64,000 nt of DNA from Sedimentisphaerales bacterium (lineage in GTDB: Bacteria > Planctomycetota > Phycisphaerae > Sedimentisphaerales > Anaerobacaceae): positions 32,001 to 96,000 of the forward strand of contig JAXGYC010000010.1 of assembly GCA_040772485.1 (NCBI GenBank). The letters are read 5' to 3'. Under the pieces are notes generated by a model. The model was not told the DNA's origin, searched no databases, and was given only the letters and a program-made list of their open reading frames with translations. Below, piece by piece: positions 18,400-27,625 of the stretch; the first letter of the stretch is position 1, and each line of letters opens with the position of its first letter. The translations under genes were made by a program, and so were the position numbers.

Positions 18400-19437
18400 A
18401 TGAGACCGAATACGCGCCTGTTGACATCCGCCTTTCTGTTGCTGGCGGCCGCCCGCCCGTGCCTCGCAATCCGGAACCGGCCGGCCCCTGCTCTCGACGG
18501 TCCGCTTGGTGACATTGCGGCGAAGTTCCGTGAATATGAGGTGATCGTCGAGCCGGACAGGAACGAAGCCGAATGGTGGGCGGGCGCGCCGTCGGTCGTG
18601 CGGGACAGGAGCGGCACATTCTGGCTGGCCTGCCGGATGCGCACTGCCGAAGCGCCGCGCGGCCTGCGGGGCTACGAGATTCGAATCCTGCGCAGCGCCG
18701 ATGGCATCCATTTTGAGAAGGTGCACAGCATCCGCAGAGAGGACGTCCCGATCCCCGGTTTCGAGCGCCCTGCCCTGCTGATCGATCCGAAGACCGGACT
18801 CTTCAAGCTCTACGCGTGCGGCCCGTGGCAGGATGGCCCCTGGTCGATCATCAAGTTCGCGGACGCCGTCGATCCGACCGCCTTCGATCCGCGTTCGGCG
18901 AAAGCCGTCATCGCCCCCCTGCCCAAATCCGACGACCGCGACGTCATCCCAAACGAATACAAGGACCCCGTCATCATCTGTGCACAAGGGGTCTACCACT
19001 GCTATGTCATCGGGGTCATGCGTCGGACCGAACGCATCTATCATTTTCGCAGCAGCGACGGGGAGGACTGGGAGCCGGTGGGCAGTCACTATCAGTCGAT
19101 CATGGACCTGACCGGCTGGCACGACTTCTACGTCCGCCCGGCGAGCGTGGTCCCGGTGGGTCTGGGATACCTGTTCATCTATGAGGGTTCGGCCTGCGAC
19201 TGGCACGACCCGGTCTACAACATCGCCACAGGGATCGGCTTCACCTTCGACCTCCATCACGTCACGGACCTCACGCCGGAGAACCCTCTGCTGGCCAGCA
19301 CGACACCGAGCGCGCGCTTCGCGACCTGGCGCTATTCGCATTGGATGTGGGTCGATGACGAACTCTGGGTCTATGCGGAAGTCGCCCGGCCGAATGAGTC
19401 CCACGAAATCCGCCTCTTTCGCCTGCCGAAGAACTGA
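18400..19437 (+). CDS. Secreted beta-propeller glycosidase-like protein (GH130/GH32/GH43-type fold)
   Basis: Signal peptide; repeated blade motifs GAPSVV, ERPALL, KDPVII, RPASVV; Asp-box-like SADG/SSDG. Confidence 0.6.
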   Translation: MRPNTRLLTSAFLLLAAARPCLAIRNRPAPALDGPLGDIAAKFREYEVIVEPDRNEAEWWAGAPSVVRDRSGTFWLACRMRTAEAPRGLRGYEIRILRSADGIHFEKVHSIRREDVPIPGFERPALLIDPKTGLFKLYACGPWQDGPWSIIKFADAVDPTAFDPRSAKAVIAPLPKSDDRDVIPNEYKDPVIICAQGVYHCYVIGVMRRTERIYHFRSSDGEDWEPVGSHYQSIMDLTGWHDFYVRPASVVPVGLGYLFIYEGSACDWHDPVYNIATGIGFTFDLHHVTDLTPENPLLASTTPSARFATWRYSHWMWVDDELWVYAEVARPNESHEIRLFRLPKN

Positions 19438-19520
19438 CAGTTCTCCGTCCGCCCGCGATCTGCTATATTCGGCCACGCGGAAACTCGACAAGAGCGTCAA
19501 CCTCCTGACAGAGAGCCAAC

Positions 19521-20867
19521 ATGACCGAGCAAGGCGAGAGAAGCAGCAGGCATCGAATTCGGTTCTGGCATGTCGCCGTGCTCGTCCTTGGGGCATTGGT
19601 CGTCGCCTTCGCGGTGTTTCGCATCGTGGTCCGGACAAAGGTGAACCGCCGTCTCGATGCCGTTCGCGCCGCCGGGTATCCGGTCACATGCGAGGAGCTG
19701 GATGCCAGCTATACGATCCCTGCGTATGCCGAGAACGCGGCCAACTGCATCACCACGGCTCTGAGCCATCTGATATCCCCTTCGACCGAAGACGCCAATG
19801 GAGTCCCCCTGTTCAGCAACGCGCCCCTGCCGCGCAGAAGGCAGGCGCTCGACAACCCGACGAAGCACGTAACGGCTTCGATGCTCGCCGGGAACCAGAA
19901 GACGCTCGAACTGCTGCGTCAAGGACTGGCGATCCCGGATTGTCGTTACCCCGTCGACTTCACGCAGGGTAGCAATGCAGAGTTGATCGATCTCGCCGCG
20001 ATGCGACGCACCACGCGTCTGCTGGTCATGGGGGCCGTTCTGCACGCCGAGCAGAACGATCCTGACGCAGCGGTCCAAATGCTTCTGACCAGCTATGGCC
20101 TGGCCCGCACCCTGGTCAAGTTGCCCACGATCATCTCCCAAGTTGTCGCCCAAGCTGATCTGGCATTGACCGCCGAGGGGCTGGAGCAGGTGGTCAACCG
20201 GACGACGCTGACTGACGCCCATCTCGTGCAGATCGATGCCGCTCTGTACGAAAGCGATGATCCCGGTTCGATGGTGCGGGCGCTGGCCGCAGAGCGGTGC
20301 TTCGGTCTGCATATGGCCGATGAGCCGTCGAACTACGGCCCAGGCAACCTCTCCGTGGCGGTGGCCGGGATTCTCCGCGAACTGGGCGTTGTCGACTTGA
20401 GTCTGATCCGCCACCTGGATCGGATGGCCGAAGCGATCGAAATCGCTCAGATGGAGCCGTGGAAACGGCAGAAGACCATCGAGACAGCCGAGGCCCGGTA
20501 CAACACGTCGGGCATCTCTTCGCTTCTGGACTGGCTGACGCCTCCCAGCGCGCGACTAATCGTCATAAACCTGCAGGGAATGGCTCAGATGCAGGTAGCG
20601 CGCACGGCAGTGGCCGTGGAGCGTCACCGGCTCGCGACCGGGCAACTGCCTCAGGGCATCGCCGATCTCGTGCCAGGCTATCTCGAGACGACGCCAGTCG
20701 ACCCCTTCGACGGCCAACCGCTACGATTCAGGAAGCGTGACGGGGGGTATGTCGTCTACAGCATCGGACCCGACGGGGCCGACGACGGCGGCACCGAGCG
20801 ACAGCCCAAGCGATCCGGCCAGAAGAAAGAACTCCCTTACGACATCACGTTCATCATCGAGCGATGA
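19521..20867 (+). CDS. Membrane-anchored hypothetical protein with a pseudopilin-like C-terminal motif
   Basis: N-terminal TM; DPFDGQPLRF..YVVYSIGPDGADDGG. Confidence 0.65.
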   Translation: MTEQGERSSRHRIRFWHVAVLVLGALVVAFAVFRIVVRTKVNRRLDAVRAAGYPVTCEELDASYTIPAYAENAANCITTALSHLISPSTEDANGVPLFSNAPLPRRRQALDNPTKHVTASMLAGNQKTLELLRQGLAIPDCRYPVDFTQGSNAELIDLAAMRRTTRLLVMGAVLHAEQNDPDAAVQMLLTSYGLARTLVKLPTIISQVVAQADLALTAEGLEQVVNRTTLTDAHLVQIDAALYESDDPGSMVRALAAERCFGLHMADEPSNYGPGNLSVAVAGILRELGVVDLSLIRHLDRMAEAIEIAQMEPWKRQKTIETAEARYNTSGISSLLDWLTPPSARLIVINLQGMAQMQVARTAVAVERHRLATGQLPQGIADLVPGYLETTPVDPFDGQPLRFRKRDGGYVVYSIGPDGADDGGTERQPKRSGQKKELPYDITFIIER

Positions 20868-21199
20868 GTCCGCGCGGGCGGACGACAATTCTGTAGACAT
20901 GGGCTTGGCCTGATACAATCTTGTCGGTTCCGCCTGTAGGGTGTGCGGCACAAGGTCCCCGTATCCGCCTGCAACGGCCTCCGTCATCGCAGAACGGCTG
21001 CGATTCCCTCGCGTGGCACCGGAATTGCCCCACAAGTCATTTGCCTGCGCCGCACGCGGACGCTATAAGTACTCGCTCGTGCGCGGCGGGAGCGGTCGCG
21101 GGCCCAGGATGAACCCGCCGCCATCGCCGCCGGTAGACAGATGGCGGCACGCACCGCATCGGAAAGACCGACCGATCACAGGGGAACCGAGGTCGCAGC

Positions 21200-23464
21200 A
21201 TGGACAGTGAACAACTGCTGTATGAGGTCAACGAGCTGAACCATCTCTTCCGAGAGAGCGCCAGCGTCGAGACGCTGCTGAACAAGGCGGTCGAGATGGT
21301 GGCGGACCGGACGCATTCGGCCGTTTGCTCCATCTATCTATATGACCCGGCCGAACGCATGCTGACGCTGCGCGCGACTCGCGGCCTGAACCCCGAGTCC
21401 GTGGGAAAGGTCCGTCTGAGGCTGGGCCAGGGACTGACGGGCCTGTCGCTCCAGGAGATGAAGACCGTCTGCGAGAAGGACGCCAGCCGCAACCCCAACT
21501 ACAAGTTTTTCCCGGGCCTCTTCGAGGAGCGGTTCGACGCGTTCCTGGCGCTGCCCATCGCGCGCGGCATCTCCAAGATGGGCGTGCTGGTTCTCCAGCG
21601 CAGCACCGGCGAGTCCTTCACCGACGCGGACGTCAAGGCCCTGGAGACGGTGGCGTCGCAACTGGCCCACATCATTGAGAACGCCCAGTTCCTCATGGGG
21701 ATGCACGAGCCGCGACCGGAACGTTCCGAGATCGGCACGACCGCTCCGGCCCAACTGAAATTCGTCAGAGGCAGGGTCGCCTCCGAGGGATTCGCCTACG
21801 CGCCGGCGATGGTGATCGACAAGCAGAAGAGCCTGTCGTTCCTGCTGCACCGCGAATTCGAGGGCCGCTACAGTGTCGAGCAGTTCCACGAGGCGGTCAC
21901 CCGCACGACCGATCAGCTCGAAGAGCTTCAGGAGCGTGTCGAGAACAAGCTGTCGGACGCGGCGTCTCTGATCTTCGCCGCTCACCTGATGATCCTTAAA
22001 GACAAGGCCTTCCTCGACAAGATCGTCCGTCGCATCGAGGCCGGCGTCAACCCGCCTGTCGCCGTAGCCGAGGTCAGCGGCGAATTCATCCAGACGTTCC
22101 TCGCCAGCGACAACGCGTACATGCGGGAGAAGGTCAACGACATCGAGGACCTGGCCATTCGCCTGGTAAACAACCTGATCAGCGCCGGCGAGGACACCCA
22201 GGTCTATCGGGGTCACGTCGTCGTCACGCGCGATCTGTTCCCCTCCGACCTGCTGAAGCTATCGAGCGAGGAGGCCAGCGCCGTGGTTCTCGTCGGCGGC
22301 GGAGTCACCTCGCACATCGCGATCCTGGCCCGCTCGCTGGCCATGCCGATGGTCATCGCGGACAGCTTCGACCTGCTCGGCCTGCCGGACGGGACTCCGA
22401 TCCTCGTCGACGCGCAGATCGGCAACGTGTTCGTCGATCCCGACGACAACGTCCTCGAGAAATTCCACTCGCAGCAGAAGGTCCGGCTGAGCCTGGACGA
22501 GCAGAAAAAGCTCATCCAGCCGCAGACCCGCACCTCCGACGGCGTGCTGGTGCAACTGCTGGCCAATATCAATCTGCTGACCGACGCCGTCCTCGCGGCC
22601 GAGCTGCAATGCAACGGCGTGGGCCTGTACCGCACTGAGTTTCCGTTCATCGTGCGGACGACGTTTCCATCCGAGGCCGAGCAGTTCGTCATCTACAGCA
22701 GGCTCGTCCAGTCCATGCCGGGCAAGCCCGTGACGTTCCGCACGCTCGATGCCGGCGGCGACAAGATTCTCTCCTACTACCACGACGTCCAGGAGCAGAA
22801 CCCGGCCATGGGCATGCGCTCGATCCGGTTCTCCCTCCAGAACCGCCCGATCTTCCGCGAACAGGTGCGGGCCATTCTCCGGGCCGGAGCGGACGCCGAC
22901 CTGCGGATCATGTTCCCGATGATCTCCTCGATCGACGAGTTCTACCAGGCCCGCGAGGTCGTGCTGGAGTCGATCGATGGGCTCTCGCGGCAAGGCATCG
23001 CCCACAACGGCAAACCCAAGCTCGGAATGATGGTCGAGCTGCCCTCGGTGGTCGAGCTGATCGAAGACTTCGCCGCAGAGGCGGAGTTCTTCTCCATCGG
23101 CACCAATGACTTCATCCAGTTCATGCTGGGGGTGGACCGCACCAACGACAGCGTGGCCGACTTCTATCTACCGCACCATCCGTCCGTGCTGCGGGCCCTG
23201 AGCCGGATCGTTCGCGCCGCCAACGGCCGCAAGCGGGAGGTATCCGTCTGTGGCGACATGGCCCACGAGCCGCAGTATGTTCCGTTCCTGCTGGGCATCG
23301 GCGTCCGCACGCTCAGTGTGGATCCCGCCTATCTGTTGCGGACCCAGCAGACGATCGCAGGCATGTCCATTCGGCAGGCGGAAGCTATGGCGCAGGCGAT
23401 GCTGGCGCAGAGCCGAACCCGCGAAATCGAAGCGATCCTCAACGCGCCATCCGAAGCCGTCTGA
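21200..23464 (+). CDS. ptsP: GAF-domain phosphoenolpyruvate-protein phosphotransferase (EI-Ntr type)
   Basis: N-terminal GAF; GGVTSHIAIL phospho-His; GVGLYRTEF, RTLDAGGDK, FFSIGTND. Confidence 0.93.
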   Translation: MDSEQLLYEVNELNHLFRESASVETLLNKAVEMVADRTHSAVCSIYLYDPAERMLTLRATRGLNPESVGKVRLRLGQGLTGLSLQEMKTVCEKDASRNPNYKFFPGLFEERFDAFLALPIARGISKMGVLVLQRSTGESFTDADVKALETVASQLAHIIENAQFLMGMHEPRPERSEIGTTAPAQLKFVRGRVASEGFAYAPAMVIDKQKSLSFLLHREFEGRYSVEQFHEAVTRTTDQLEELQERVENKLSDAASLIFAAHLMILKDKAFLDKIVRRIEAGVNPPVAVAEVSGEFIQTFLASDNAYMREKVNDIEDLAIRLVNNLISAGEDTQVYRGHVVVTRDLFPSDLLKLSSEEASAVVLVGGGVTSHIAILARSLAMPMVIADSFDLLGLPDGTPILVDAQIGNVFVDPDDNVLEKFHSQQKVRLSLDEQKKLIQPQTRTSDGVLVQLLANINLLTDAVLAAELQCNGVGLYRTEFPFIVRTTFPSEAEQFVIYSRLVQSMPGKPVTFRTLDAGGDKILSYYHDVQEQNPAMGMRSIRFSLQNRPIFREQVRAILRAGADADLRIMFPMISSIDEFYQAREVVLESIDGLSRQGIAHNGKPKLGMMVELPSVVELIEDFAAEAEFFSIGTNDFIQFMLGVDRTNDSVADFYLPHHPSVLRALSRIVRAANGRKREVSVCGDMAHEPQYVPFLLGIGVRTLSVDPAYLLRTQQTIAGMSIRQAEAMAQAMLAQSRTREIEAILNAPSEAV

Positions 23465-23507
23465 GCCCGGCGACGCCGGAACCCGGCAGTGGAATCTTTA
23501 GGGACGG

Positions 23508-23639
23508 TCAACCGCGCTTGGCTTGGATCCTGGCGCGGCGCCGAGTGGACAGTATCTTGCGGCCGTGGTGGGTCCGCGACCGGGCGCGGAACCCACTGAC
23601 GCGTTTCTTCTTGATGTGACTCTTACGATGGTTTTCCAT
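23508..23639 (-). CDS. rpmH: 50S ribosomal protein L34 (divergent, 43 aa; absent from the ORF track)
   Basis: Manual translation gives MENHRKSHIKKKRVSGFRARSRTHHGRKILSTRRRARIQAKRG, with the L34 GFRAR..T..GR.IL..RR motif and an upstream promoter. Confidence 0.85.
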   Translation of the reverse strand: MENHRKSHIKKKRVSGFRARSRTHHGRKILSTRRRARIQAKRG

Positions 23640-23750
23640 TGTCCTGTTCCAACCCAAGACCCACTGAACCTTACAGCCGAAACGCAGAAGTTTCGTGCCC
23701 TCGACTGTGATGCCTCGCGGATCTACGGCGTCGGAATCACAGTGCGACAG

Positions 23751-23778
23751 AGTATACCACAGGTTGCCCAGACTGCAA
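23751..23778 (-). promoter_or_regulatory. Sigma70 promoter (extended -10) for rpmH
   Basis: TTGCAG-N16-TATACT with TG extension. Confidence 0.6.
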
Positions 23779-23808
23779 GAGCCTTGCCGGCCGGATCGCC
23801 CATTTTGT

Positions 23809-24600
23809 TCACGGCCGCCCCTCGGGAGCCGACGCCGGCGGCCAGGAGGCCGGGTCCTGCTGGTAGAAGTCCTTCAACGCCTCGTATAGCTCGGGGTGGA
23901 CGTCCCGCAGCTCCTCGGCCTTCTCGAAGAAGCATTCCGTCGCCACCGCGAAGAACTCGGCCTCGTCGGTCGCCCCGTACTCGTCGAGCACCTGCTCATC
24001 GTCCCGTCCGACGCTGTGCCGGAACTCCTCGAAATCCTCACCCAGGGTCTGGGCCCACGCGGCGAAGCTGAACCTGTCCCGCAGCACCGGGGTGTTGTCG
24101 CCCTTGCCATAGGCGCTGTCGAGCTGGTGGGCGAATTCGTGGAAGACGACGTTCTGACCGTCGCGCGGGTTGGCGGCCCCCCGCCGGACGCTGTTCCAGG
24201 CCAACACGACCGACCCGCGATACCAGGACTCGCCCAGCCGCACGTCCTCGCCTTCGAGGACCATGTCGCCAACCATGCGGTGGGCCCGCCCGGCCACGTA
24301 CGTCCGGGGGTACACCAGGACGGACGTCAGGCCCGGATAGTAGTCGGTCTGGCGGTGGAGCAGGAGGATGCACGCCTGGGCCGCAATGGTGACGCGAATC
24401 TCGTCGGTGATCTCCAGGCCGCCGCAGCCCTCGAACCGCTTCTCCGCGAGGAAGACGAGAATGTGCCGGCGCAGCTCCTGCCGGTCCGCCTCCGGCAGAC
24501 GTCGGCAGATCGGAACGTTCTTCTCGATGATCGCCAGCCACTCGGGCGGAAAGGCCCGGCCCGCGACCTTGGCTCGTCGACGCTTCTTGAATCCCAGCAT
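23809..24600 (-). CDS. M90 family zinc metallopeptidase (MtfA-like)
   Basis: IAAQACILLL, LVYP, NVVFHEFAHQLD, YGATDEAEFFAVATECFFE. Confidence 0.9.
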   Translation of the reverse strand: MLGFKKRRRAKVAGRAFPPEWLAIIEKNVPICRRLPEADRQELRRHILVFLAEKRFEGCGGLEITDEIRVTIAAQACILLLHRQTDYYPGLTSVLVYPRTYVAGRAHRMVGDMVLEGEDVRLGESWYRGSVVLAWNSVRRGAANPRDGQNVVFHEFAHQLDSAYGKGDNTPVLRDRFSFAAWAQTLGEDFEEFRHSVGRDDEQVLDEYGATDEAEFFAVATECFFEKAEELRDVHPELYEALKDFYQQDPASWPPASAPEGRP

Positions 24601-24686
24601 GTCCTTCTCTTGTATTCTGTCGCGTTTGCGGGTACTTATACCATCCGCGACCGGCGAAGGAAAGCCTCCGGTCGAACCGAACGCAA

Positions 24687-24747
24687 GTGGCAGCCTCAAG
24701 CGCAGCGGCTCTCCTGAGCCTGCCGAAGGATTGGGGATGGCCGCCAC
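24687..24747. repeat. Partial GTGGCAGCCTCAA palindromic element carrying a nested CCTGAGCCTGCCGAAGG module
   Basis: Shares ends with 48361-48474. The 17-mer is the exact reverse complement of 43621-43637. Confidence 0.65.
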
Positions 24748-24787
24748 AGATAGGCTGGTCTCAGAGAAGAAAGAATACGGCAGAGCC

Positions 24788-26065
24788 ATGAACGATACAC
24801 CTATCCTCCTGACGGCGGCCATTTCCGGTACCGGGGGCGTCATCAAAACGCGGCCGGAAGACTTCTTCGTCGAAGAGCTGCCTCTCTATCCCGCGGCCGG
24901 CGCGGGCGACCACACGTACATCCTCATCGAGAAACGCGGCCTCGGCACGCGCGACGCCATCGACCGGCTCGCGCGGGCGCTGAACGTCCCGCGTCGTGAC
25001 ATCGGCTCGGCCGGACTGAAGGACACGCACGCCGTGACCCGGCAGTGGCTCTCCGTCGAGCACGTCGATCCCGAGCAACTGAGGGGAATCGAGATTGCCG
25101 ACGTCCGCATCCGGCAGGTCACCCGCCACACCAACAAGCTGAGACTGGGCCACCTGGCCGGCAATTGCTTCGTCATCAAGCTTCGCGAGCTGACGGTGCC
25201 GCTCGACCAGGCGGCGCGCACCGCCGAGCAGGTGCTGTCGATCCTGACGCAGAAAGGCGTGCCGAACTACTATGGCCCGCAGCGCTTCGGCAACCGCGTC
25301 GACAACCACCTCATCGGCAAGGCGATCATCGACAACGACGCCAATCGGGCTATCGACCTGTTCATCGGCGTGCCCGATCCTCGGCTGGACAGCGCTGTGA
25401 TGCTCCAGGCCCGGCAGCTCTACCTGGACGGGCGGTACCAGGAGGCCCTGGACGTCTGGCCGCGTCAGATCGTCGAGCGCCGCCGCATCCTCAAGGCCCT
25501 CATCGCCAACCGGGGCAACAAGAAGCGAACCTTCAAGGTGATGGACCGGCACCTCAAGGGCTTCTTCGTCTCCGCGTACCAGTCGGCGGTGTTCAACCGC
25601 GTACTCACCGCCCGCATGCCCGACATCGACAAGCTCCTGCCGGGCGACATGGCCTACAAGCACGAGAACGGCGCCTGCTTTCGCGTGGAAGACGCGGCGG
25701 CCGAGCAGCCTCGCTGCGACCGCTTCGAGATCAGCCCGACCGGCCCCCTGCTGGGCCAGCGCACGACCCGCCTGGAAGGCCCCGCCGGCGAGATCGAGGA
25801 ACCCATCCTCGAAGCCGAAGGCCTGGGCGAAGAGCAGTTCCGCCAGATGAAGAAGCTCGGCGCCCGCGGCGGGCGACGGCCCCTGCGGTTCCAGCCGCGA
25901 GGAGTTGCCGTCGCAACGGGCACGGACGACCTGGGCCCCTACCTGGAGCTGCGTTTCGAGCTCGACTCCGGCTGTTACGCCACCACCCTGATCGCCGAGA
26001 TCACCAAGAACCCCGTCGAAGACGAGCCCACCGAGCCGGCCCCCGACGAAGCCGGCACCGACTGA
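24788..26065 (+). CDS. truD: tRNA pseudouridine(13) synthase
   Basis: PEDFFVEE, AGLKDTHAVTRQ, PNYYGPQRFG, SAYQSAVFN, GCYATT. Confidence 0.95.
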   Translation: MNDTPILLTAAISGTGGVIKTRPEDFFVEELPLYPAAGAGDHTYILIEKRGLGTRDAIDRLARALNVPRRDIGSAGLKDTHAVTRQWLSVEHVDPEQLRGIEIADVRIRQVTRHTNKLRLGHLAGNCFVIKLRELTVPLDQAARTAEQVLSILTQKGVPNYYGPQRFGNRVDNHLIGKAIIDNDANRAIDLFIGVPDPRLDSAVMLQARQLYLDGRYQEALDVWPRQIVERRRILKALIANRGNKKRTFKVMDRHLKGFFVSAYQSAVFNRVLTARMPDIDKLLPGDMAYKHENGACFRVEDAAAEQPRCDRFEISPTGPLLGQRTTRLEGPAGEIEEPILEAEGLGEEQFRQMKKLGARGGRRPLRFQPRGVAVATGTDDLGPYLELRFELDSGCYATTLIAEITKNPVEDEPTEPAPDEAGTD

Positions 26066-26094
26066 TCCCCCGCCCCGGACGCCCTGCCCCCCTC

Positions 26095-26378
26095 GGAATT
26101 GGCTTTGTTTCGCATTATCGTGGCCCGTGACCGGTGACCCGTACAGGGAGCACGGCTCGGACGCACCCACGGAAGGAACCCTCCCGCCTCCAGTCTCCCG
26201 TCTTGCGTCTCCGGAATTGGCTTTGTTTCGCACGTTCTCCTCGCACTCCGCCCCCATCTACGCTTCCACGCATCTGCGTTCCAACCGGCGGCCATCGGCG
26301 GCCGCAGGATTGGCTTTGTCGCCCCGCCAGACCCTCGTTTCCAGCCCAAGAACGCCGAAATTGGCTTTGTTTGGCGCA
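26095..26378. repeat. Four irregularly spaced copies of (GGA)ATTGGCTTTGTTTCGCA
   Basis: Copies start at 26095 and 26213 (20/20 identical), 26307 and 26357. Confidence 0.85.
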
Positions 26379-26594
26379 ATTGCCTCGCGTCCGGCCGACC
26401 CACTCCACCGGACAATTGCCGCGCCACGAATCACCAATCCGAAACCCGCAATCCGCAATCGCTGCCACCGCGCCCACCCGAGGCGGAGAATACTGGAATG
26501 GTGGAATGATGGAATAGTGGAACGGCAGCCCCACTGGCAACCGACAACCGTCAACTGATTTCCGCCGATTCGCCATTTGCCATTCACTTTATAG

Positions 26595-26642
26595 AAAGAG
26601 CCTTGTTCTGTCGATACTACACAACCTCATCTTGGCTGTAAA
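26595..26642 (-). promoter_or_regulatory. Sigma70-like promoter followed by a boxA-like GCTCTTT
   Basis: TTTACA-N17-TAGTAT, then AAGGCTCTTTCTATAAAGTGAA on the minus strand. Confidence 0.5.
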
Positions 26643-26826
26643 GCAGAATTTGCAGGAAATCCTCGGATTCTCCGCACGTCCACCGACAGGCCTTCGCCAC
26701 CCCGTCCACGCCGACGCCATCCCGACGACAGGACACAAGGTCAGAGGACGCCATGTTCAAGTCAAGAGCGAGGCGAGCAAGATATCTCCGAATCGCGCGG
26801 GCGGGTGACTGGAGTCGCGCAGGCGG

Positions 26827-27021
26827 CTACGCTCGGGGCGGTGCTTGGGACGCGGGACGTTTGGAGAGGGTTATGACCTTTCTGCCTCGGCGCTTCTGAC
26901 GGCGCATCGCCTCGCGCAGCATGGCCTCGGCATCGTAATGGTGTCGGGCGGCCAGTTGATCCTTGATTCTTCGGACCTCGGCGACAATGGGGTCGCCCAC
27001 AAGTGCTTTCTGTCGTGCCAT
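26827..27021 (-). CDS. Putative small antitoxin
   Basis: 64 aa, DPIVAEVRRIKDQLAAR..YD motif, starts 2 bp after the PIN gene. Confidence 0.7.
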   Translation of the reverse strand: MARQKALVGDPIVAEVRRIKDQLAARHHYDAEAMLREAMRRQKRRGRKVITLSKRPASQAPPRA

Positions 27022-27023
27022 AG

Positions 27024-27497
27024 CTATTCCCCCAACAACTCCACGGGTGTGCAGATGACAGGGCATTTGTAGCCTCCATTCCGGCAGACGGCTCCGACGG
27101 AATCGAATATTTCCGCGTTGGCCAAATGGGTGCAGTTCCATGTGAGCAGGAAATCCACACCGTGGACAGCCGAAACGGCGATATGGCCCGCATCCCGAGT
27201 TGCCTTCTTGGGCAGGACCCTCTTTCTGAGCAGAACCTGTGTCAGGTGAATGACTTCCTCATTGATCGCCAGCAGAGGGAAACCCTCCATGTAAGACAGC
27301 CTCGCCGCCGCAGCTTCTTTATCACCCTCCGCTGCCTCATCGAGCACAATTTGCGATACGAAGATACGGAAGTACGCGCGTCTCTCAAGCCACCAGTCAT
27401 GAGTAATCTGCTGGCGGGCTGCCACGATCAGGTCTCGGCTGGGCCTGCTCGTGAGGTAGCTCGGAATCGTCGTTTCCAGATAGAGTAAGGGCTTCAT
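27024..27497 (-). CDS. vapC: PIN-domain (VapC-like) toxin
   Basis: YLETTIPSYL, VLDEA, DAGHIA, LLTWNCTH. Confidence 0.85.
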   Translation of the reverse strand: MKPLLYLETTIPSYLTSRPSRDLIVAARQQITHDWWLERRAYFRIFVSQIVLDEAAEGDKEAAAARLSYMEGFPLLAINEEVIHLTQVLLRKRVLPKKATRDAGHIAVSAVHGVDFLLTWNCTHLANAEIFDSVGAVCRNGGYKCPVICTPVELLGE

Positions 27498-27625
27498 ATC
27501 CCAATCCTATCAGAAGATCCGCTCGCAGGCAAGAACCAGACCGACGAGTTGAGCATGTCGAATCGCAGCCAATTCTGCGAGCGGCATACGCGGTTCGAGG
27601 GCGGGAGGATCTTGACGCGGCGAGG

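Noticed and set aside
23523..24071. 182-aa plus-strand ORF
   Set aside because: Antisense to rpmH, its leader and the M90 peptidase; low-complexity translation.
21200..24600. Functional link between ptsP and the MtfA-like peptidase
   Set aside because: The genes are convergent and separated by rpmH, and there are no mlc or other PTS genes here; proximity is probably coincidental.
26095..26378. Possible CRISPR array
   Set aside because: Only four degenerate, non-palindromic copies of 20 bp or less, with irregular spacing and no cas genes in the window.
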